Shown: positions 46,136-55,199 of the stretch, one piece after another
Layout of the letters: every line of letters begins with the position of its first letter
Numbering within the stretch: the stretch's first letter is position 1
DNA from: an uncultured Verrucomicrobiae bacterium
Lineage (GTDB): Bacteria; Verrucomicrobiota; Verrucomicrobiia; Limisphaerales; UBA11358
Assembly: GCA_963827205.1 (NCBI GenBank)
Contig: CAWHAH010000016.1
Location: forward strand, 43,663-107,662
DNA: 64,000 nt
Direction of reading: 5' to 3'
The notes under the pieces: model-generated
The model's input: the letters and a program-made list of their open reading frames with translations, nothing else
The model's database searches: none
Told to the model about the DNA's origin: nothing
Program-made: the position numbers and the translations under genes

Positions 46136-48226
46136 ATGAAAACCTATCAGCCAGCGGGAATTCGGAACTTTGCCATTGTCGGTCACGCTTCGTCGGGCAA
46201 AACGATGTTAAGCGAGGCGATGCTCATGTGTGGCGGCGTCATCTCGCGCATGGGGCGCATCGCCGACGGCTCCACGGCGTCGGATTACCACGTCAGCGAA
46301 AAGAACCGGCAGATTTCGGTTTCGGCGTCGTTGTTGCACACCGAGTGGATGGGAAAAAAATTCAACATCATTGACACGCCGGGTTACCTCGACTTCATCA
46401 GCGAGGGCCTGGGCGCGTTGCGCGTCGGCGATTTCGCGCTGGTGGTGGTTCATGCCCAGCACGGCCTCGGCGTTGGCACCGAGCGGGTGTGGAATTCAGC
46501 GACCGGCTACGGCATTCCCAAAATGATCGTCGTGAACGCGCTGGACAAGGAGAACGTGGATTTCGACGCCGTGGTCCGGCAGTTGCGGGAACGGTTCGGC
46601 CGGCACGTATTTCCGTTGAGCGTGCCGATCAATCCCGGTCCCGGTTTCAACCGCGTGCTGGACGTGCTGCGCAGCGAAATTGTGACCTACACGACCGATT
46701 ACAGCGGCAAATACAAGGAGGAACCGGCCGCCGGCGAGTGGGAGGCAAAGGCCAGGGAACTGCACGGACAGCTCATCGAGCACATCGCCGAGTCGGACGA
46801 CGAATTGATGAACAAGTTTTTCGAGCAGGGCAGCCTCTCGGAAGAGGAATTCCGCGCCGGCATCCACTCTGCGGTCCAGAAGCAATTATTCATCCCGCTG
46901 TTCTGCACGTCGGCGGAAAACAATATTGGTGTGGCGCGGCTGATGGATTTCATCGCCAAATACGGCTCGTCGCCGGTGGACCGCAAGAAGGTCAAAGCGG
47001 TCAACGCCAATGACGCGGAGGTGGAGATCGGCTTGGACGATTCCGAGCCGGTGCTTTACATTTTCAAGACGATGTCCGAGGCGCATTTCGGCGAGTTGTC
47101 ATTCTTCCGCGTTTACGCAGGCTCGGTGTCCACGGGCATGGATTTATACAACAGTGACCGCAAGGTGAATGAGCGCATCGGACAGATTTATCTGCTCAAC
47201 GGTCAGAACCGCGAAGCGGCCAACACGCTCGGCCCCGGCGACATCGGCGCGACCGTCAAACTCAAGGCCACGCACACCGGCAACACGCTTTGCAGCGCGA
47301 AGAAGGCCGTGACGTTGCCAAAAGTGGCTTATCCCAAACCCAACATCCACGCGTCGCTCGTCGCCAAGGTCAAGGGCGAGGAGGACAAAATTGCTTCCGG
47401 CCTCGCCGCGTTGCACCAGGAAGACCCGACATTCCTTTATGTGGTGGACGCGGAACTGCATCAGACAATCATCTCCGCCCAGGGCGAATTGCACCTGGAA
47501 GTAGTGGCCGACCGTTTGCGCCGGCGGCACAATGTTCACGTCGAATTGGGCGAGCCGCGCGTGCGCTATCGTGAGACCATCAAGGGCAAGGGCGATTCAA
47601 AGTATCGCCACAAAAAACAGACTGGTGGCGCCGGGCAATTCGCCGAAGTCTGGATGCGCATCGAGCCGAAGCCGCGCGACAGCGGCGTCGAGTTCACCCA
47701 CTCGCTCGTCGGGCAGAATGTGGACCGCGTGTACGTGCCTTCCGTCGAAAAGGGTGTCAACCAGGCTTGCACCGAGGGCATCCTCGCCGGCTGCCGCGTG
47801 ACGGACGTGATGATTGATTTTTACGACGGCAAGATGCATCCGGTGGACTCGAAGGACATTGCGTTTCAGATTGCCGGTTACTTTGCGTTCAAGGAGGCGT
47901 TCCTGGCCGCCAAGCCGTGCCTGCTAGAGCCGATTGAAACGGTCGAGATTCGCATCCCGGAGGATTGCATGGGCAAGGTGATGGGCGACTTGTCGTCCCG
48001 GCGCGGAAAAATCATCGGCATGGATACCGACGGCGCGTTTCAAGTCATCAAGGCCAGTGTGCCGACGAAGGAACTTTACCATTATTCCAGCACGCTGCGT
48101 TCGCTGACCGGCGGGCGCGGCGTCCACGCGGAGGAATTCAGCCACTACGAGGAAATGCCGCGCGACGCGGCGGAAAAGGTGATCGAAGAGGCAAAGAAAC
48201 GGAAAGCCAGCCCCGAGCCGCATTGA
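46136..48226 (+). CDS. Elongation factor G paralogue (EF-G2-like)
   Basis: IRNFAIVGHASSGKT replaces the canonical AHIDAGKT. All five EF-G domains are recognisable. Confidence 0.85.
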   Translation: MKTYQPAGIRNFAIVGHASSGKTMLSEAMLMCGGVISRMGRIADGSTASDYHVSEKNRQISVSASLLHTEWMGKKFNIIDTPGYLDFISEGLGALRVGDFALVVVHAQHGLGVGTERVWNSATGYGIPKMIVVNALDKENVDFDAVVRQLRERFGRHVFPLSVPINPGPGFNRVLDVLRSEIVTYTTDYSGKYKEEPAAGEWEAKARELHGQLIEHIAESDDELMNKFFEQGSLSEEEFRAGIHSAVQKQLFIPLFCTSAENNIGVARLMDFIAKYGSSPVDRKKVKAVNANDAEVEIGLDDSEPVLYIFKTMSEAHFGELSFFRVYAGSVSTGMDLYNSDRKVNERIGQIYLLNGQNREAANTLGPGDIGATVKLKATHTGNTLCSAKKAVTLPKVAYPKPNIHASLVAKVKGEEDKIASGLAALHQEDPTFLYVVDAELHQTIISAQGELHLEVVADRLRRRHNVHVELGEPRVRYRETIKGKGDSKYRHKKQTGGAGQFAEVWMRIEPKPRDSGVEFTHSLVGQNVDRVYVPSVEKGVNQACTEGILAGCRVTDVMIDFYDGKMHPVDSKDIAFQIAGYFAFKEAFLAAKPCLLEPIETVEIRIPEDCMGKVMGDLSSRRGKIIGMDTDGAFQVIKASVPTKELYHYSSTLRSLTGGRGVHAEEFSHYEEMPRDAAEKVIEEAKKRKASPEPH

Positions 48227-48256
48227 GGCGGCTGGAGCGGTTTGAAGACGGGGCGC

Positions 48257-48511
48257 TCAGTGAACGAGCGCGGCTTCGCTTCTGCGGACGGCGGCGTAGA
48301 GCGCGTCCTTCAATTTGGCGCGCTTGAACTTGAGTTCGTCAATCTGCTGGTCGGTGGCGTATTCAATGTCCTCTTCGATGCGGCAGATTTCGTCGTCAAG
48401 TTGGTGATATTCCTCGAACATCGCGCGGAACTTGGCATCCGCCAGCTTGAGCGAGCGGATGGTTTCGCGATGTTCGGGGAATTCCGTCACGAATGGATGA
48501 TGGATGTCCAT
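48257..48511 (-). CDS. DUF465 (YdcH-like) small protein
   Basis: 84 aa with the FEEYHQLDDEI...LK..R..LKD pattern. Confidence 0.65.
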   Translation of the reverse strand: MDIHHPFVTEFPEHRETIRSLKLADAKFRAMFEEYHQLDDEICRIEEDIEYATDQQIDELKFKRAKLKDALYAAVRRSEAALVH

Positions 48512-48749
48512 GGGAGTGTCTCCGGTTGAAGGTTTGCCTGCCGCGCCGAAACGAAGCGGAGGCGGTCGGTCGTTGAACTGTGCCTCTTACTCATGACCCG
48601 AATATTATTCAAATAAACCTCAAATTGCCTCGTTTGGCCAGCCGAATTTTGAAAAAATTCAAAAAAATTTGCCTGCGTGCCGGATAACCGCCGCCTTTCA
48701 GCCTTTTCAAGACCGCGCCAATGGCTTAATTTGACGCTATTCTCGTCCC

Positions 48750-50198
48750 ATGCCGAGCGTTTACATCAAAACCTACGGTTGTCAGATGAACGAGCGCGAC
48801 AGCGAGGCCGTCGCCGCGCAACTCGTGGCCAAGGGCTACACCCTCGCGCCATCCGAAACGGTGGCGGATGTGATTCTGCTCAACACGTGCAGTGTGCGCG
48901 ATTTCGCGGAACAAAAGGCCTTGAACAAAATGGTGAACGTCATCGCGGAAACGCGCCGCGGCCGCCCGGACGTCGTGCTCGGGTTCATGGGTTGCATGGC
49001 GCAAAGCCGCGGACAGGAACTGATTGACCGGTTGCCGGACGTGGACCTCGTGCTCGGCACGCAGAAATTTCATCGCGCGGCGGATTACCTCGGCGAACTT
49101 CTTGCCGGTCGGCGTGATAAAATTGTGGACGTCGCGGCGGAGCAGGGCAGCGAAGCGACCATCCGCGAACATTTACTTAACGGCAGCGCGAAAAAATCCG
49201 TCACTGCGTTTGTCAGCATCATGCAGGGCTGCAACCAGTATTGCACCTTCTGCATCGTGCCTTACACGCGCGGCGAAGAGCGCAGCCGCAGCATCCCCGA
49301 CGTTGTGGCCGAATGCCGCCAGCTTGTGTCGCAGGGCGTGAAGGAAATCACCCTGCTCGGCCAGATTGTCACGAGTTATGGGAAACGCGGGAATATCTCC
49401 CTCGCCCCGCGAGGAACGAGCGGGGCGAGGGGCGGGGTGAGGGGAAATTTAGAAAACGGACTCCTCACCCCAGCCCTCTCCTCGTTTGGCGAAGAGAGGG
49501 AGAAGTCTCCCTTCGTCCAGCTCCTTGACGCGGTCCACGAAATCGAAGGATTGGAACGCATCCGGTTCACCTCGTCGCACCCGAAGGGCTACGGCGACGA
49601 TTTGATTGAGGCTTACGCGCGATTGCCCAAGCTCGTCGAGAGCGCTCATCTGCCCGTTCAAAGCGGCAGCGACCGCGTCCTGAAATTGATGCACCGCGGC
49701 TACACGCGCGCCCGTTACGTCGGCATTATAGAAAAATTGCGCCGCGCCCGGCCGGAAATCGGTATCAGTACCGACATCATCGTCGGTTTTCCCGGCGAAA
49801 CGGAGGACGATTTTGAGCAGACCCTTTCGCTCGCACGCGAGGTTGAATTCGACCAGGCGTACATTTTCAAATACTCGCAGCGCCGGGACACACCCGCCGC
49901 CGAAATGCCCGGACAAGTGCCGCAAAAAATCCGCGAGGAACGCAATCAGCGCCTGCTCGGAGTCATCAACGAAATCGCCAAACGGAAATACGGCGCATTT
50001 GTCGGGCGGCAGACGCAGATTCTCGTCGAAGGGCCGAGCAAAAAGAATCCGGCGCGGATGACCGGTCGGACGCGCTGCAACAAGATTGTGGTGTTCGACG
50101 GCTCGGAACGGCATCGCGGCCAGCTCTTGGACGTGAAAATCACCCGCGCCGGCTCCTTCACGCTCTACGGCGACCCGGCGATTCTGGTCGAAGATTGA
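48750..50198 (+). CDS. miaB: tRNA-2-methylthio-N6-dimethylallyladenosine synthase with an in-frame repeat-derived insert
   Basis: Motifs seen: YIKTYGCQMNERDSE and the CNQYCTFCIVP radical-SAM motif, plus a TRAM domain. Confidence 0.9.
   Translation: MPSVYIKTYGCQMNERDSEAVAAQLVAKGYTLAPSETVADVILLNTCSVRDFAEQKALNKMVNVIAETRRGRPDVVLGFMGCMAQSRGQELIDRLPDVDLVLGTQKFHRAADYLGELLAGRRDKIVDVAAEQGSEATIREHLLNGSAKKSVTAFVSIMQGCNQYCTFCIVPYTRGEERSRSIPDVVAECRQLVSQGVKEITLLGQIVTSYGKRGNISLAPRGTSGARGGVRGNLENGLLTPALSSFGEEREKSPFVQLLDAVHEIEGLERIRFTSSHPKGYGDDLIEAYARLPKLVESAHLPVQSGSDRVLKLMHRGYTRARYVGIIEKLRRARPEIGISTDIIVGFPGETEDDFEQTLSLAREVEFDQAYIFKYSQRRDTPAAEMPGQVPQKIREERNQRLLGVINEIAKRKYGAFVGRQTQILVEGPSKKNPARMTGRTRCNKIVVFDGSERHRGQLLDVKITRAGSFTLYGDPAILVED
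49397..49503. repeat. REP-like triple-hairpin element inside the miaB coding sequence
   Basis: Three hairpins: ccctcgccccgc/gcggggcgaggg, ggggtgagg/cctcacccc and ccctctc/gagaggg. Translated as ...LAPRGTSGARGGVRGNLENGLLTPALSSFGEEREK... Confidence 0.8.
50142..50186 (+). repeat. Direct repeat, copy 1 (miaB 3' end)
   Basis: The 45 nt recur at 50404-50448 with 4 mismatches. Confidence 0.85.
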
Positions 50199-50403
50199 GG
50201 ATGGAAAATCGCGGCAAAGCGTCCGAATCGTTTCCGCAAGCCCGTCAGGGCTGACATCTCTGTAGCTTGGCGATTACAAAAATGGATGAAGCTCCGTAGG
50301 AGCGGCATCTTCAGAGTAATGGACAGAATATGCCGCCCCGACGGGGCTGGAATTTATTTTGATTCACGGTGCTACAAAGATGTCGCGCCTACGGCGCTAA
50401 ATT

Positions 50404-50448
50404 ACCCGCGCCAGTTCCTTCACGCTCTACGGCGACCCGGTGATTGTG
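50404..50448 (+). repeat. Direct repeat, copy 2 (displaced copy of the miaB 3' end)
   Basis: acccgcgccagttccttcacgctctacggcgacccggtgattgtg. The intervening 50199-50403 consists of short hairpin repeats (e.g. gccccgacggggc, gcgcctacggcgc). Confidence 0.85.
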
Positions 50449-50468
50449 AATTTGCAGCGGCAGAACAG

Positions 50469-51056
50469 TTACAGCCTTTCCGAAACCTGTTCTTTCATCA
50501 GCAGGTCAACTGCCTTCTCTAATTTTTCACCCCTAACATTTTTCTCCCGAATCACACCTTTGCCATCAAGAACGTAAATGGTTGGCCAACCTCGAACATT
50601 CCAAGCATGACTAATCGATCCTGCTGGGCCGTTCGTTCCATTCCAAAACGAACGCCAAATCATTGACTCCTTGGCGACTGCCCGTTTTGCATCGTTCAAT
50701 CTTGGATCTCCGTTCACTCCAATCAAAACAAACGGCTGATTCTTCATCCGTTCAACGAGCCTGCGCTCATCCGGCACCATCGCCATGCACGGCCCGCACC
50801 AACTCGCCCAAAATACGAGCACAGTCACTCGCCCACGATAGTCGCTTAGTTTGAAGTTAACTCCGTCCAAATCCTTGGCCTCAATGTCGGGTGCCATCTG
50901 GCCAATCCGTAAGTTCCGCAGCTCAAATAATTCCTGCTCCGCTTCTTGGCCGAGGGTTAGTTGGCCGCTGAGGGCATTCCTCAAACGTGGACAGTCGGCA
51001 TAATCTCTAACAACCAAGTCAAAGGCTTTTTCAGCTTCGATGGCGAGTGAATCCAC
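50469..51056 (-). CDS. TlpA-like thioredoxin-fold thiol:disulfide oxidoreductase domain, with no signal peptide of its own
   Basis: FWASWCGPC active site. It is in frame with the 51072-51644 ORF, separated by one TAG. Confidence 0.7.
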   Translation of the reverse strand: MDSLAIEAEKAFDLVVRDYADCPRLRNALSGQLTLGQEAEQELFELRNLRIGQMAPDIEAKDLDGVNFKLSDYRGRVTVLVFWASWCGPCMAMVPDERRLVERMKNQPFVLIGVNGDPRLNDAKRAVAKESMIWRSFWNGTNGPAGSISHAWNVRGWPTIYVLDGKGVIREKNVRGEKLEKAVDLLMKEQVSERL

Positions 51057-51071
51057 ATCGGATGTTTTCTT

Positions 51072-51644
51072 CTATTCGGCTTCAGCGAATTTCCGTTTTG
51101 CCTGCCAAGCCAGCGCAATCATTGCCTGTCCCCGAGCTGTTCGGTCTGGGTTTTTCTCAGCCACGTTCTGGATTAGGTTAATCGCTGCGGAGTAAGAATC
51201 GGCTTTTGCGTCCGGTGGATAATAGCCAACCCATGCTATGATTTTGCCAACTTTCGGATCGGCGGCATAATACTGCGTTGCCAGTTCCATGGCTGGCTTT
51301 CCTGCCGGCAGATAATAGGCCCGCGGAATGGTCAGTACCCATTCCAAAGCAGTAAACCCAGAGTCCGACTTGGGATCAAGTTTGGCCAGCGCAACTGCTT
51401 CCGACAAAAGATCGGACTGTTTTTTATCGAATTCTTTCCAAAGTTCGTCCCTTTTCTTCCTCCCTTCGGCTGTGTCAGGCAAGGTTTCCGCTGTTTTGAA
51501 AAACGCAGACTCAGCCTCCGCATTTTCCCTCTGAATCGAAGCCAATCGGTTGGTGGGTTGAACCAAAGCATTTGCATTCTCGTCGGCTGCCCGCGTTGCT
51601 GACAAAAAAACAAAAAATAGAAAGAGGAGAAAAATGGCTTTCAT
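51072..51644 (-). CDS. Secreted N-terminal domain protein; probably the N-terminal half of the TlpA-like protein
   Basis: Signal peptide MKAIFLLFLFFVFLSATRA. Ends at the TAG at 51072-51074, in the same frame as the downstream Trx-domain ORF. The region is lower in GC. Confidence 0.55.
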   Translation of the reverse strand: MKAIFLLFLFFVFLSATRAADENANALVQPTNRLASIQRENAEAESAFFKTAETLPDTAEGRKKRDELWKEFDKKQSDLLSEAVALAKLDPKSDSGFTALEWVLTIPRAYYLPAGKPAMELATQYYAADPKVGKIIAWVGYYPPDAKADSYSAAINLIQNVAEKNPDRTARGQAMIALAWQAKRKFAEAE

Positions 51645-51749
51645 CGTTTGTGGATCATTTTTCCGAAGGTCACGCTAGTGGAGAACTGGAAATTGTCCAG
51701 TTTGAATTTTTCGTGTCCTTTGGTGTCCATTCGTGGTTAACTCTTCAAA

Positions 51750-52304
51750 ATGAAATTGTCTTTGTTGTCCATCCTGCTCGGCGCGGGGATGAGTGTGCCG
51801 CAGATTTACGGTCTGACCAAACCGGTGCAATTTGCCGCCACCGCGCGCAAGTTTCCGCGCAACCTGCCCGTCGGCGTCGTGTTGATGCTGCTCGGCACGG
51901 CGTGGTTTTTGTGGAACGTCAACAACGAGCCGATTGCCGATTTCTCGGCCTACAAACAGCCGATGATGGCGGGGTTTGCGGCGGTGGGGATTTTAGCGTG
52001 CTTCTTCGTCCAGGACTTCCTGGCCGTGCGCGGGCTGGCCGTTTTGATGTTGTTGCTGGCGAAATTGATGGTGGACACGGGGCGTCCGCATCTGGGCGAG
52101 ACGCCGTGGGTGTATGTGATTCAAATCTGGGCCTACGGGCTCGTCATTGCGGGCATCTGGTTCACGATCACGCCGTGGCGATTACGCGACCTGATCAATT
52201 TCGCCACGGCGAATGAAACCCTCGTGCGGATCGGCAGCGCCATCCGGTTGGCGTTCGCGCTGTTCGTAATAATTCTTGGCCTGACCGCTTTTCGGGCGAT
52301 GTGA
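51750..52304 (+). CDS. Hypothetical integral membrane protein (~5 TM)
   Basis: Hydrophobic segments throughout. The stop overlaps the downstream GTG start. Confidence 0.5.
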   Translation: MKLSLLSILLGAGMSVPQIYGLTKPVQFAATARKFPRNLPVGVVLMLLGTAWFLWNVNNEPIADFSAYKQPMMAGFAAVGILACFFVQDFLAVRGLAVLMLLLAKLMVDTGRPHLGETPWVYVIQIWAYGLVIAGIWFTITPWRLRDLINFATANETLVRIGSAIRLAFALFVIILGLTAFRAM

Positions 52305-53275
52305 GCGCCGTCAAACCCAAGATTCTGGTCATTCGCGGCGGGGCCATCGGCGATTTCATTCTCACGTTGCCGGCCATCGCCGCTTTGCGACGCCAGTTTC
52401 CCCAGGCGCATCTGGAGGTGCTCGGCTATCCGCACATTGCCCAGCTCGCGGTGGCGGGCGGCCTGGTGGACCGGGTGCAGCCGATTGAGGCGCGCGGCCT
52501 GGCGGGCTTTTTCGCGCGCCGCGGCACACTCGAACAAGACCTGATGGATTACTTCTCCGAGTTCGACCTGGTGGTTTCGTATCTCTATGACCCGGACGGA
52601 ATTTTCAAATCCAACTTGCGCCGCTGCCTGTTCGGGCAATTTATCGCCGGGCCGCATCGTCCGAATGAGGCGGAATTCATCCACGCCACGCAGGTTTATC
52701 TCAAACCACTGGAACGGCTCGCCATCTTCGATGCGGACCCGGTGCCGCGATTGGCTCTCCACCAAATTTCCAATGCTGCTGTTGCTCATTCCGGTAAGGC
52801 CGACCGGCCGCTCGGCCCGGACGCGCGGCAGCACGTCCCTACCATTGCCCTTCATCCCGGCAGCGGCAGCGAAAGGAAAAACTGGCCGGAAAGCAAATGG
52901 GCGGAATTCATCACGCAATTGACGGCTTCAACAAAGCTGAATCTGCTGTTCGTGGGCGGCGAAGCCGAAGGCGGGCGGCTTGAGCGGCTGGCGACGGCAG
53001 TGTCGCGGGAGCGGCGTCAAATAGCGCAAAGCCTGCCACTCCCGGAATTGGCGTGGCGACTCCAGTCGTGTGCCGCCTTTGTCGGACACGATTCAGGCAT
53101 ATCCCACCTGGCCGCCGCACTCGGCCTGCCTTGCGTGGTTTTATGGGCTGATGCGCTTGAAGAAATCTGGCGGCCACAGGGCGAGCGCGTGGTCATTTTG
53201 CGGGAACTGACCGGGGTGGGAGCAATCCGTGTGGAAAAGGTGTTGGCCGAATTGCACAAGCTGGTCGGCGGATGA
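52301..53275 (+). CDS. Family 9 glycosyltransferase (heptosyltransferase-like)
   Basis: KILVIRGGAIGDFILTLPAIAALR N-terminus and the C-terminal GHDSGISHLAAALG motif. Confidence 0.8.
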   Translation: MSAVKPKILVIRGGAIGDFILTLPAIAALRRQFPQAHLEVLGYPHIAQLAVAGGLVDRVQPIEARGLAGFFARRGTLEQDLMDYFSEFDLVVSYLYDPDGIFKSNLRRCLFGQFIAGPHRPNEAEFIHATQVYLKPLERLAIFDADPVPRLALHQISNAAVAHSGKADRPLGPDARQHVPTIALHPGSGSERKNWPESKWAEFITQLTASTKLNLLFVGGEAEGGRLERLATAVSRERRQIAQSLPLPELAWRLQSCAAFVGHDSGISHLAAALGLPCVVLWADALEEIWRPQGERVVILRELTGVGAIRVEKVLAELHKLVGG

Positions 53276-53314
53276 TCAGTCGTGCGTCCTGCCGCTGATG
53301 GCGAATCGCCGCGC

Positions 53315-54409
53315 TTATTGAATCCAGCCGCCAGCCTGGGCCAGCTTGACCAGCAGGTACGCGATGACGCCGCTCGCGGGCAATGTCATGATCCACGCCC
53401 AGATGATGCGTTCAACCACTTCCAGCTTGAGATGATTCAAACCTTTCGCGCAACCCACACCCATGATGGACGTGGTGACAGCGTGGGTGGTGGACACGGG
53501 CATGCCAAAATACGCGGCAGTGACCAACACGGTGGCGCCGGTGGTCTCGGCGGCGAAACCATGCACCGGATGGAGCCGGACCATTTTGTGTCCGAGGGTT
53601 TTTATGATGCGCCAGCCGCCCACGGCGGTGCCGGCGCACATCGTCAGGGCGCAAAGGACTTTTATCCACGCAGCGATGGCGAGCGGCTGGTTTGCTTCCG
53701 GGGGAGCGGTGCGCAAAAACGACAGCCAGCCGGGCAGGTGATCGAACAAACCGCTGCTGGTGCCGGTCAGCAGCGACAGCGCAATAATGCCCATGGTTTT
53801 CTGCGCATCGTTGGTGCCGTGGCTGAAACCCATGTAGGCTGAACTGAACAGTTGCAGTTTCCCGAAGGTTTTGTTGACGGTGGCCGGGCGCCAGTTGCGC
53901 AACAGAAAATACAGCAGACCCATCAGCAGAAAACCGAACACCAATCCGCAGACGGGCGAGGAAATCATCGGCACGACGACTTTCCACAACAGGCCCTTGC
54001 TCAACCACCAGTGTTTGGGATTGGGGATGGACCACACCAAAACGTTCCAGTTATTGTGCGCGGCGGCCAAGCACGCACCACACAAACCCCCGACGAGCGC
54101 ATGGGACGAACTGGCCGGCATCCCGAACCACCACGTCAGCAGATTCCAGGCAATGCCGGCAACCAGCGCACAAATCAGGACTTCGGATGTGGCGACCTGG
54201 GGATCCACCAGGCCGGACGCAATGGTGGTGGCGACCGCCGTGCCCGCAAAAGCGCCGACCAGATTGGTGACGGCCGCCAGCATGACGGCCTGCCGCGGCG
54301 TCAACACCTTGGTGGCAACCACGGTGGCGATGGAATTGGCCGTGTCATGAAAACCGTTGATGTAGGTGAACACCAACGCCACCAGGATGACGAGAAGGAT
54401 AAGAGTCAT
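53315..54409 (-). CDS. PiT-family inorganic phosphate transporter
   Basis: GFHDTANSIATVV signature at the N-terminus, repeated in the C-terminal half (GTNDAQKTMG). Confidence 0.9.
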   Translation of the reverse strand: MTLILLVILVALVFTYINGFHDTANSIATVVATKVLTPRQAVMLAAVTNLVGAFAGTAVATTIASGLVDPQVATSEVLICALVAGIAWNLLTWWFGMPASSSHALVGGLCGACLAAAHNNWNVLVWSIPNPKHWWLSKGLLWKVVVPMISSPVCGLVFGFLLMGLLYFLLRNWRPATVNKTFGKLQLFSSAYMGFSHGTNDAQKTMGIIALSLLTGTSSGLFDHLPGWLSFLRTAPPEANQPLAIAAWIKVLCALTMCAGTAVGGWRIIKTLGHKMVRLHPVHGFAAETTGATVLVTAAYFGMPVSTTHAVTTSIMGVGCAKGLNHLKLEVVERIIWAWIMTLPASGVIAYLLVKLAQAGGWIQ

Positions 54410-54417
54410 CGCGCCGG

Positions 54418-55047
54418 TCAGGAGTTTTTCAGCACGATGTGCATCACCACGTTGCCGGCGTCGCGGCAACGGTCAATGACCTTTTCCATCAATTCATAAA
54501 GATCGCGGATGACGATGGCGCGCAGGGCGTCGTAGCGGCCGCTGTAAAGGTCTTTCAACAGTTCCATCATCAGCCGATCGGCCTCGTTTTCGAGATACTG
54601 GAGCTTGGTGTTCAACTCGTGGATTTTCTCCAGATGTTTCATGTCGCGAAGCTGCCGGACCATGGCCAGCACCACGTCGGTGGCCTGTTCCATGATTTCG
54701 ACCTGCCGGTTGAAGTCCACGCCCTGGAGGTGCTGGTGACCGAGGTTGATGCGTTCCGCCATCTTCTCGACCGTTTTAGGGATTTTGCGAAGCGCCAAGG
54801 CCAGCGCTTCGATGTCCTCGCGCTCCAGCCCGGTCACGAACGTTTTCACCAGTTCGGCGGTGATTTGCTCGCCGATCTTTTTCTCCTTGCGCCGCGAGAG
54901 CATGAGATCGTCAAGATTTTTGGTGGAAGCGGGCGCCTTGATCATTTCGATGACCAGCCGGACACTTTCGTGGGCTTCGCTGGCGGCGTCTTCCAGCAAC
55001 TGATAAAACCGGTCGGCCTTTCCGAAGAGCATTTGAAGCGAGAACAT
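54418..55047 (-). CDS. DUF47/PhoU-like phosphate-transport accessory protein
   Basis: 209 aa, helical, with the LENEADRL motif. It lies immediately upstream of the PiT gene, which is the usual pairing. Confidence 0.8.
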   Translation of the reverse strand: MFSLQMLFGKADRFYQLLEDAASEAHESVRLVIEMIKAPASTKNLDDLMLSRRKEKKIGEQITAELVKTFVTGLEREDIEALALALRKIPKTVEKMAERINLGHQHLQGVDFNRQVEIMEQATDVVLAMVRQLRDMKHLEKIHELNTKLQYLENEADRLMMELLKDLYSGRYDALRAIVIRDLYELMEKVIDRCRDAGNVVMHIVLKNS

Positions 55048-55199
55048 GACGTGAACAGAGTCGCGGAAACGTGCCAAAAGTCCATGAAATTTTATGACGG
55101 GGAGTAATTGTCGGTAGTGCGCAAACAGCAGTCCTCTGGGCTGGGTCTGCCAAAATTGATTCGCTGAAACGCTTTTGCCGTTGTAAGGTTCGCGCAATT

